A stretch of DNA of 59,759 nucleotides, the filler included, from Sphacelaria rigidula (taxonomy: Eukaryota): assembly GCA_964200075.2 (NCBI GenBank). It is 10 parts of 10 records of this genome, joined end to end, with 100 filler letters (N's around TTAATTAATTAA, not from the genome) between each part and the next. Parts side by side here need not be neighbours in the genome. Positions count along the whole stretch, not along the records: positions 47,890 to 53,774 come from CAXNAA020023736.1; positions 53,875 to 59,759 come from CAXNAA020023737.1; 8 more parts are not named here. One strand, written 5' to 3'. Position 1 is the first letter of the stretch. Every line of letters starts with the position of its first letter. Of the stretch, positions 49,010-59,759 are shown one piece after another. Both the position numbers and the translations under genes were made by a program. The notes beneath the pieces were generated by a model. That model was not told the origin of the DNA. It saw nothing but the letters and a program-made list of their open reading frames with translations, and made no database searches.

Positions 49010-52000
49010 CTAGATATAGAGGGTACGTTTGGTAGTTGGGATGGGGCTTCCTAGTCACCTAGTTATTTATTTGTTTATACCTATTTTTGGTATGTATCCG
49101 CGCTGTTTCTTATTTTCATGTTTCTTATCTTGTCGCCCAGTTTGAGGTGTGCTTCTCAGTCCATTTTTTTCATTTTCCGTGAAAGGTCCAGCCTCATTTT
49201 CTTAATTATTTCTTTCTTAATTGCGGGCCGCAACTGTAAGCTCAATTCCTTGAAAACATGAGTTCTTTCTCTCCTACCCGTGATCACGGGGTTGCAAGGA
49301 GCCTACCGCCCATGACCGTAAAACTAAGAGTTGACGGATGATGCCTTTACAGAAAAACGGTACACGAAAAGAACGAGCCCGCAAGAACCGATCGAACTAC
49401 AAGGGACACACTAAACACTATATTCGTGAGATTCAGAGTGTAACATCGGATTCAGAGTGAGACCCGAAACAATCGATTTTCCCGTCGATTTTGACATCGC
49501 CACAGTTCGAGGAGTTGTGCGCCCAGCTGGTGAAGCGGTGGCTTCAATGAAAGCTGTCACCTACGCGATCAATTTGACACATCACTTGATCGCAACAACG
49601 TAGTCAGTTCATTGCAACAAAACATCCCCTCTTCCAGGAAAAACCGATTAGTGCATGACATAGATTCAGTCCCGAAATGCCCTCCCAGGCGTACAAATGC
49701 TTTGTGCGGTATCTCACCAACAAGACCGCCGAATTCCTCGAATGGGGTACTGTAGGGTAGCTGCATGCACAGGACGTGTGCTCGAGCAAAAAGAACAAAA
49801 GTTGCCTGCAACGGGCGCTAGAGCATCCGCTTCGAATCCGATATTACGCTCTAGATAAATCTCACCAATATGGTGTTACTGCAAGCTGACAAATTACCGG
49901 CGTGCGATCTAGACGACGAAATTACCACCTAGTGCTGCATATGCGTGTACCAACAGCAAACGCAGGAATCGACATGTCGCAGGCAGCGAGAACCATGCCG
50001 TAGTAGACCCAGTAATATTGGAAAAAATCCCAGGTTCATGGAACTGAGGAAATAGCTTCAACACCGAAGCATCAACTGACTTGACTCAACATCACCATCA
50101 AGTGAGTTGATCACCTGTTATTACTTCGTTGTAACTTCCCAAAGGTAATCCAAGTTTGAGAAACTCATATCTTTCTGCCCTAGAAGCAGGAACTTTGCAG
50201 TGTATGGGAAATAGTTCAAAACAAAGACCATATGGAACTTAGGACACTCGTGATCCCCCCCAATCTTGGCCTCCAAAACGCACCTAGGGAAGAAGTTGAT
50301 TTTACCATGTTACTGTACAGAAGATGACACAACGCCGAAAGAATCGAAGCCCCAAACGAGAAGAAACGATGCCGCTAAAAAGTCACAGGCGCTGGCGGAA
50401 GCTGACACGGACGATCCGTCACGTTCTGAGTGCAGGCATTTGGTTTCGGAACGTATTACGGTAGAAAGAAGGTGGGCAAGGGGCGAAGTAAAGGAACGTG
50501 GATAAGTGAACAAGCATGCAGGCTGGAGATCGCACTGAGGCATGTTGAAAGCGAAAAAAAGGCTGCCACCGATGAAAACGGGTCTATACATGGTGGAGAG
50601 GAAGTTGAACGAGGAAAATGAGTGTGTTGTTGTGGTACTTACTGTCAACGGGGCTCAGTTTCCGGCTCCGCTCCTGGTAGCCGTGGTTCGGGTGTAGGAT
50701 TAGGTTTCTTCGTTTCGGGTGGCGGGTCGGTTTTGCTTGGTGGCGTCACGGGGTCGCCTCCCAGGGGGGAGGGGGAATAAGTATTGACTCGCGGTACTTT
50801 CCGAGGTGTGGAGTTGTCGTTTCTCGAAGCAAAGGCCTCACTCTCCGGCAACAAGTGCCGTTGGAAATCCGACAGGAGCTCGGCACGGGTGTCGTGGAAG
50901 CAGTCATGTCAGCTTATGAATTCTGGGTCATGATCCCCCGCCGACAGGTCAGACGGGCGTTTTCTGGCAAGGGTGGCTCTGCATTCGTAGCAAGGGTGAG
51001 AAGTGTTCTCTCGTCCGCTTTGACGAGGGTCTTCGCGCAGATGCGGCCGTCGGCGTGGGCGTATACCCTGTCTTTACCGCCATTGGGGTCGGCCATGCGG
51101 TGGTATGGAGTGCTGACCCCGATGTCCACGCCACACGCAAGGCAGAGGAAAGGGGACCTGTTTTCTAGCGCCCTTCGGGACAGGCTTTGTCTCTTGGGAT
51201 ACACACACAAGGATAGTGCCCACGGAGCAATTGTCGATGTTGAACGAATCGGGAGAAGGACGAAGAGACGGTTGCGGAACGTTTAGCAAGGAAAGCACGG
51301 AAGGAAACATAGTTGTACTGTGAGCGAATGCCAAGTACGTTGCTTTCGGTAATCAGATTACTCCTCGATGAACTTACAGTGGGAAAACCACCGGCCAGCA
51401 CTGTCGGGTAAGGGTATAGGGGGGTCACAACAGTCACGGAAGTATCGTGGACCGGTAGGAGAGTCTTTCACAAATCACAGAACTATCGAGTGGGATTAGG
51501 AAAGAGTTACTGAAGTCACAGATCTGTCGAGTAGCGGTATGCAAGTGTTACTGAAGTCATAGATATCGAGTTAGGCAATGAAAGTCTTACATAATTCACG
51601 ACAAATATCGGGTGGTCCAATGAAAGTCTAATAGAAGCTACAGAACTTTCGGGTACCGGTATGAGAGTCTTACAGAAGTGCCCGAACTGTCGGGTAGGGA
51701 TGATTTCCGTAAAGATACCCCGTGTGTGCAATAAACCGCCCCCTATACAAGATAGGGTTGGACAGCATAATTCGATGATCTGTACCCTGCTAGTTGATAC
51801 CGATGGTGGCGCAGATGAAGGAACCCCACTCGATCCATTACTCGTATCTAGGAATGGTCCGCCCCGACGGTCGGCGTTGATTTCCACGTTTCGCTTTCCC
51901 TCTCAACTGTACCCCGTTACCCGTGTGTGCACCAAACTTAAAAACATATTTTGGAAGGTGTATGGATTTGAATACCAGGGGGGTTTCATTGATGGAGATT

Positions 52001-54643
52001 GGGGAACAAGTGCGAGCTATCAGAACAAAAGTAGAGATTAAATCAAAATGTTTACCTCTCCGGATATATTCCCGTGCTCTGCCTGCGTCGGATACACGCA
52101 CAAGAGTATACGTTGAACCCGGGTTGTGGTTGTGGGAGGCTTACAGATCTTGCAGAGTTGTCGACCAGGAGCATGATGGACCTTACGGATCTTACAAAAC
52201 TCGCGGGTACCGGTAAGAAACGTGTCACAAAACTGTTGGGTACCGGTTTGGAAGTGTCACACGGTTGACAGGATTGAGCAAAACACAGCAGTAGCCATTC
52301 GCCCCGGTGAAGACGCGAGATTTTCTCCCCACATCATGCCTAACAGGTGTAGATTGGCTTCAACCATAAATCGGATGACAACACACACAGCCTGTTGACA
52401 GCACTAATGAACATGGAACGTGTTGTCATCAGTTCTGTACAGGATCAAAATCACAGTGTTCGAAATGAACGAAAATTCGAAAAATGAAGAACGCAACACG
52501 TCTGAGAAGAGGCGAGAGTAGACTGAAAAGAGGCGACGTAAGAAAGACAGGAGAAAGGCTAACACAGACAACAATGACACCAGTAGATGCGAACTCCTTG
52601 CGGATTTGACTGCAGCCAGACTCCCCTTCTTGTCGCACCTGCTTAGGCCGAGTTTCTGGTGGGTCCATCCTTTTTATCTTACCTATCCGCATTCCGGGCA
52701 GAACTTCAAAACTTCAGGTGACAGCCTGACTTGAGTTCGATGGTAGTAGGGTTGGTAGCGAAGTGTGAACGTCTCTACCGCCCGCGTACTCTTCGAAGGG
52801 GGGAACCCGTACGCTCGCCGTTTGTCCACACGGAACCGATATTTGTTCAGATCAAGCGCGTGTCCGATGGCCGATAGCTCGTTGTTGAGATGTCCCCAGA
52901 ATGATCTGGTCGGTGTAAGGACGTAAACGTCGATCACGTATTTTGACACCTCCTCCACCTCAGTCACGGACGGCGTCGGCATGCACAAGCGAAGACAACG
53001 AGAAAGCAGCAATGAAGCTGAACCTTCTTGAGGGTGTTCGAAGTCAGTCGGAGAGCCGGTTGCTGCGTGTGATGCCTCCAACCTCCAAAAGTGCCTCGAT
53101 CGAAGTTGCGACAGTCAAGCCTAAGAAGTTCAATCAAGACTCGCTCTGGTCAAAAGGGGTCGGATTGGGAGTGTTCTCGAGTGCACCCAGAGACGGGAGC
53201 GAAACACAACGCCAAGAGCACCAATGAAGCTGAAACTTGTTAAGGGCGTCGCGATTGATGTCTAGAGAACGATGGGATGACTTTTCGCGCAGCGCGGCTT
53301 CGAATTATTCCGGGAAGAAACGTGCGTGGTTCGGAGCTTCGTAATAAGGCCCGGACGGATAGGACAGGACACTTGTTGAATTTCGGTTCAGCAGAAGCCT
53401 TTTTAGCCCTAACGGCCTCGAAGGAAAAATATATTCGTATGAGGCGCGCATAGCACGCGCGCACAAACGATCAGCAACACGTATTAGATGAGCGAGGGTT
53501 AGCGGCTGAAAAGGTTCATGTATCCGCAAGAGCAGGGCGAGTCAGTGCAGGGTTCTCTAGACACGGGTCCCACTCTGTGCGCATCGGTCTTGAAACACAT
53601 ATCCTCGTCTGTCGTACAAGAAATATGCTGTTCGCTGCTATGTGTTCGACACTGCGTACCAACCGCGACGTTCCGCCTTCGGTGGTCCTACCTGGTCACT
53701 GCACAGCGGCAGGGTGCAGGGTGACGAAGCACATCACAGAACGCCACATCCTCAGCCTACCCCTGTGCTGCATTNNNNNNNNNNNNNNNNNNNNNNNNNN
53801 NNNNNNNNNNNNNNNNNNTTAATTAATTAANNNNNNNNNNNNNNNNNNNNNNNNNNNNNNNNNNNNNNNNNNNNTTGCCTTAGTCATTTGACCATTGACC
53901 ACGCATCCCTTTCGAGACGGAGCAAGGGGGGGGGGGGACTACGCAGCAACAGGGAGATAAAATTGGGGATATAGCCGAAGTTCATGGTTGGTGTGCCCGA
54001 AGTGCGGATTCAAAATCCTGCGGGGGTGGGCACTAGCCCATCCAAGATGACACTCAGGGTAAAAAGCCAAAGGTCATTGGTCAGAACTTTTCGTTCAGCG
54101 CGGTAGACTTGGGAGGGTGAGATCCTCCTCGAATATTTATGACATGATTGTCGTGTACGGAATATAAATCCAGATCTTCAGTGGGCCTATGCTCCAAGCG
54201 TGCTTCTAGCGTGCGCATAACGTGATTGTGCCGGCACCTATGCCTGTGGCGCCGAGTTGAGGTCTTGCGACGTACACATTGTGTGGCATGTTTCACCCCC
54301 TTCCCCGGGGTATCTCCGGATGTCTTTGTTTGGGGTTCGGGTTGTGGTTGGTGTCACGGTTAAAGTTTGGTTGGAAATTTGAATATCCGAGAAGTTTCTC
54401 TCTCTCCCAAACGCTGAACTAACCCAGTCTTCCGCCAAAAATAAAAAAATAACAACATCGGAACAAAATCCGACATCTTTTCGCCCCAATACGCACGCAC
54501 ACACCGCGCAACCCCAGATTCAGCAAGATGGGGTTGTTGTCTGTAGTCTACGTGACATGTGGTCGGATTTTCAGCACGTAAAAGCACCAACAGCGCTTGC
54601 ACGGCCGTGTCTCCTGAAGTGAGCACCTCTGCAGGCGATACCA

Positions 54644-57303
54644 CACACGTGGACAGATAGCACCCTGTGGAGGGGGTCTACAGGGTTTACCTACCCTGCG
54701 CAGTGTTTCTGGCGGGAAATTTACTGTACAGTGTTTTTCAGCGTAGCACAGGACGCTCTACAGGGTTTCCCTACAGTGGTTATGAATAGTGTGCATCACA
54801 GGGTTCATCTCCACAGGGTTTCTCTACAGTGGTCATGAATAGTGTGCATCATAGGGTTCCATCTCCCCGTGAAGACTTCATCGCTGCTGCGGCAATGCTG
54901 TGCAGTGTGTTTACGCACAAACACTACCCTCCACATGCAGCCGCGGGCGCAAGGTACTGGCTGGCGAAAAAAGAACTGATTAGGTTGGGCGGAGGATCGA
55001 ACCCTCGACTTCGTCGTCGAATAGTCAACCGGTTGCACACGGAGCTACGCGTGGTAGTCGTTGGAATTTTTTTTGTACTTTTGAATTTAGGGGCCCTCGA
55101 AGGTCCGCGTCAATAACACTGAAATCCCCCGAATTGGTTTTAGAGGCACAAGTGTAATGGAAATGTGGAAGCTGGACAGCCGCTGCTGTTCGAAATAAAT
55201 TCTAATTCCAAAGTTGGAATTTAGGGGGAAAATGATTTATTTTGAAGAGCTTATTCAGCTGTACAGATAATCCCATATACACTGTATATAACAGATGGAA
55301 TGTGTACACCACCAAGAATACCTGAAATTGGGTGGAGAAAGAACTTGCTCGCGAGCAGCTTCAGCTGTTCAAGTCCCACATAGTGCACGCAAGCTTGTCT
55401 TGCAGCTGGCGTCATGGTATTGGACCGCATTTGACCTCGGTCATAGAGGCATACACCTGATGAAAACCCCGTAGTCCCGCGTCGACGAAAGTAAAACAAT
55501 ATATAGGGGATGATGAAATATCTCATCGCGCGGTTGTTACTGCGTACTCGGGATATATATTCACACCAATAAACTGTACTGGACTGTACAATACCCTTGC
55601 ATGCGGGATAGTGCGCTATACCGCCGTGCATATACGTGCGGCGCCATGTACTGCAGATGGCTGGCTATAAATACAATGTAGATGCCTGCAGCTTATTTTG
55701 ACATATGGGGCGGGTGTTATATACCGTCACGAACTCCAGTTTCTCACGCGCGCGTTCCACATCATATTTGCGCGCAGAGCTGCTGCAGCACAGTAAGTAG
55801 GGCGTGAAAGGGAAGGGGGGAAGTACAGTACAGACAGCGCAGGACAATGTATGTGTATGTTCTCTACCTACAGTGCGACGTGAAAAGGACTTGAACAACG
55901 TGCAGCATATCGTACGCGGCCTGGATGCTGCACTATGTTATATCGCGGTGCGTCCGCAGCATGCATATGATGGTGAGTGTGGATATGCATAACATAGGCG
56001 GCCGGTTGATTATTGTTCCTCGCACCCGTGCCTATATATACGCACCCCGCGTATGTCGTCGCCGCGCGATGTCGCGACCATGAAAGAAGGTGCTCAAGTT
56101 TCCACCAACGGTAAATACATCATATCTACCCGCACGGCAGTGTGTATGTGTCTTTATCCCTGTGCCCAATCCGTGTTCTTTGCTGCGGGGTTTTGGTGGT
56201 ATAGCCGGGCGGAGTAATACTGTTGTGCAGGCGGGTGCGTTCATTGATGTCCGATTTGAGTGTGGTGATATATATCTTGGGGTGATGATGGTCTACATAC
56301 ACTGTACTATTAATACACGATTGATTAAGTGATAATTTCTAAACATGGTTCGTGTTGGTAGACAATGCAATACGGGGTTCTGGGGGAAATGTGGATACAT
56401 AGACGAGGTATACCCGACCGTCCAGCATCGCTCCACGCCTTCCCCGGGGTTTCAGACGAAGCACAGGTATGAACATACACACGTACCCAACGTGTGGGAT
56501 TTCTATTCAGCGAAAGCTGTTGAGAGCTATTCATCCTTCAGCCCATGGACGTAAGGACTGGGGGGCAAAAGGATGATTACCTTTCAGCAACTTTTTCTAC
56601 GTTTCAGATCCCATGCGTTGGTGACGATGCAGTATGCGGGATTTGCCCAGCAGCTGACGCTGCTCGCCATAAATCTATTTTCCCACAATCTCTGGATAAA
56701 TTGGAGAGAGAAGTAAATATTTATTTCGAGCTTCTTCTGCTGTTCAAATTCCGAATCTGCCAGTGTGCATGGGATTTGCGCAGCAGAAGAAGCTGTTCGA
56801 AATAGATCCTTTTTTCGCTCATTTAAAAAATGGGCGAAAAAACGATCGATCTTGAACAGCTTCTTCTGCTGTTTAAAAAAAAATCATTTTTTTTTGCCGA
56901 AATAAATAGGGCGAAAAAAGGATCTGTTTTAAATAGCTTGTCCTGCTGTCCAAAATAAATTATTTTCGCTCGATTCAAATCGGGTGAAGAGGAATTTACC
57001 TCGGACAGGAGGACAAGCTATTTATTGAAAATAAATAAATTTACAGATTTTGTACCAAAATATTTGGAGTTGAAAAAACAAAACGTCAGGGTTTTTCCCA
57101 AAAACACTACCACAGGACTGTGCAGGGCTTTGCCGACGTGCCTACACAGGGCTACAAATCCAACCCTGGGGAAAACCCTATCAAAACGCTACGAGGGGTA
57201 CAGATTTGGCTTTTCACTGTCAGGGTTTTTTCACAAAGACTGTGGAGGACCCTTTACGGACCCTGCACAGTGCGTCCCACAGGGTGCTATCTGTCCACGG
57301 GTG
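54644..57303. mobile_element. Non-autonomous DNA transposon (~2.66 kb) with CAC...GTG ends, possibly CMC/EnSpm-like
   Basis: TIR CACACGTGGACAGATAGCACCCTGTGG pairs with CCACAGGGTGCTATCTGTCCACGGGTG. CA on both flanks. Subterminal ACAGGG/CCCTG repeats. Confidence 0.72.
54965..55060 (-). mobile_element. tRNA-like SINE head
   Basis: Reverse complement has GTAGCTCCGTGTG ... GAGGGTTCGATCCTC followed by a T run. Confidence 0.5.
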
Positions 57304-58494
57304 CAAGTTGGGTACCGCGTATAATGACATCATCCAGAGGTGCGCAATACGGATCGATGTGTTCGTTTGCCGGGGCAGGAGCCACCCAGCAGGAAGTGAG
57401 CGTATCTGCGTGTCAACATATGTGTTCCGGATTTATCGGTTATGGTCCAGTCGAGTAGATTCCATGTGTCATACTCTTGCGTTGTCTAGCCCGACAGGTT
57501 ATGGGCCATTCTGAGTCTGATTGATTTCGACAGTGCCCCCTACTCGGGCACAGTCTGTTGGGAACTTATCTCAACGCGCGATTAGCAGCTACCAGCTGGT
57601 TGCCAATACAAGAAGCATCAACACTATCACAGACTGCTATCTCAGAGGAGTCTTTGGTCTTCACAAATGTAAGCCCTCATTGCACGCAACACATGGTTCT
57701 TGTCTCCGGCGTGAACCCTGGGCATGGTGCCTGGTCATTGGTGTGTGGGTTGACTCCCCACATGGTAAATCGAGCTCAATTGCTTCGATACTAATGATTG
57801 TGTTTGGACCCGCTAGCCTGGTGCCCACTGAACTAGCACCACTCCCACCTTGGTATAGAGTATCGAGCCATGACATGGTGTCCATCCGTGCTTGTGTAGA
57901 GTCAACTCCGGCATGACCCCCAAAGACGTAGCATGCGCCTCCGGAAAATGTTTTTGTGGGAACGCTTGAGATTTCATTTTTTGTCGCGTCACTAGACGTT
58001 AATATGGTAAATAGTGTGCCGTGCACAAGTGGGAGAAAGTCCACACCGCAACGGACGCCCTTCTTTTCACGAGTACGAAACAACACAACCGCGCTGCTTC
58101 ACAGTTACGTGCCCTCATCATTTCCAATAGCAAAAACAACTGCACCAGGATATGCTACTACAATTACGCGGAACAGTAAAGAGTAAGCATGTACTAGGTA
58201 GGCTTCGTCGTCCTGTCTGTTCGTGGTATTGCGTTGTTGCCCACCGCATTGCACTGCGTTACATACAACCCAAGCAGAGCGCCACCAACAGCTTTATGCA
58301 CGAGTTCATCAAGGGTGGTTCATCAGCACGCCACTGCAGACGTTCAAAGCAAAAGTGAAATGATCTAGCCAAAACAATTGATGAGAGATATAAAGGTCGA
58401 ACGAGATTGCACGAGTCAACGAACCAGAGGGCCTCAACTACGTCGGGGTGTTTTGGGACATCAAGTTCCAGACAGCTCCGGAAGCTGTACAGCC

Positions 58495-58765
58495 GCGTTG
58501 TTGTTATCCGTTGTTGTGGCTGTTCGTTGTTTATTTGCTGCGGTTCTTGTTGTTGTCTTTTGTCTTCGTTACTTTGCTGCTGCTACCGTCTGCCGCTCTT
58601 GTTATCGGCTGTTGTTGTTGTTGGTGGTGGTGGTGGCGTTGCTTCTACCTGTTATCGTCTGCTGTTGTACGGCCGCTGCGGTCGCTGCTGCTTTGCTGTG
58701 TTGCTGTCGCTTGTGTTGCTACTAGAAACTTTCATGTTGTAGTTGCTGCGGCTGTTTCCGCTGCG
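58495..58765 (+). repeat. Degenerate (GTT/GCT)n low-complexity tract
   Basis: Imperfect TGTTGTTG/TGCTGCTG runs. Confidence 0.85.
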
Positions 58766-59689
58766 CTGTCAGTGACCCTGCTGTGTGGTTACTGTCCCGC
58801 CTGAGGCGTTGCGATTTTTGCCTTTACCGCCCATGGGTAGTTGTACCCTGCTGGCTATCGCACTGCCTGTTTAGCCCTCATGAGGGCGTAATGCCTTTTA
58901 CACCTGCATGTAAAGTCACGCGTAGTTTCCCACTCGCGTAGTTTCCCACTCTGCTGCTGGTACTGTGCCCCACTTTGACCGCATGAGCTTCTGCCGATAA
59001 ACGATTGTCATTACAATATGTGCCTCAATTGTTACACCGAGGTCCCCACGCATCTGTTCCCCTGAAATGCACCTTGTTCGCCGTTGTGGCCTACCCGCAA
59101 ACTCAAGTGGCTTCCCCTGCACCGCGTCACCATCATCCCTTTTGGTCGGGATCACACATGTTACTAATTGTGTGTACGGGTTGGTCGGTAATTTAGAAAC
59201 TCGTTTTGAACTCGCTGCTGCCCGTACTGTTCATTACTACGGTTGCTTTGATTGACGACAATCCTTAGATGACCAACCTTTGAGGACCGATCCTTCTCGA
59301 CCGATCATTTTCAAAATGTAAAAGCATCATGAAATAGTGAGTCCTGGCAAAAGATGATCAGTCCTTCAACGCTGACCACGCTGACTGTCATTGAAAACAT
59401 ATACTAATCCACGCGATGCCTCCGTTCTTCCCCCTTCTGTCCTGTCGGCGTCCTTTTCCCTCTCTCGACCGTTGTTATCGGTTTCCGTTTCCTTGCCTCA
59501 TACTGATATGGGGCAAACAAAAACTGTGTCGCTGCGCATCGCTGTTTTCTTGGATCACATCTCATTGTGACCATGGAATTTGACGAAACACACGCGCCCC
59601 GCCGATATTTCATGCTGTACTGCCTCATGCTGTACTAGCTGATAAGTAAAGCAAAACAAAATGCCTGGCAGAGGCGCTGATCGTGGTCA

Positions 59690-59759
59690 GGGACGGGGGC
59701 GTACTCATTTTTTGCTTGCCTTAGTCGTTTGACCATTGACCACGCATCCCTTTCGAGAC
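59690..59759 (-). repeat. LINE-3'-tail-like repeat; also at 53875-53925, ~23820-23846 and ~39695-39762
   Basis: GGCGTACTCATTT.TTGCTTGCCTTAGTC.TTTGACCATTGACCACGCATCCCTTTCGAGAC, in whole or part, at several contig ends. Confidence 0.85.

Overview
This window is not one locus. It is ten unrelated eukaryotic contigs of about 5.9 kb, ordered by decreasing length and joined by artificial 100-bp spacers (44 N + TTAATTAATTAA + 44 N). GT-AG introns, TTAGGG-like motifs and the style of the repeats suggest a stramenopile, probably a brown alga (inference). Most of the sequence is transposon-derived: foldback and MITE elements, tRNA-derived SINE heads, two LINE RT remnants, a DIRS/Ngaro-like RNase H remnant, and an internally deleted chromodomain Ty3/Gypsy element inserted into an RTE LINE with a GTTC target-site duplication. 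Two host genes are visible. The most interesting is a spliced gene (15159-16912, minus strand). In a single exon, its HMG-CoA-synthase C-terminus runs through a long linker into an unusual beta-ketoacyl-synthase (KS) domain of bacterial type I PKS/FAS style, suggesting an HMGS-KS fusion enzyme. The other gene encodes an unknown multi-pass membrane protein with a LINE in its intron. All family assignments come from motif recognition by eye, not database searches.
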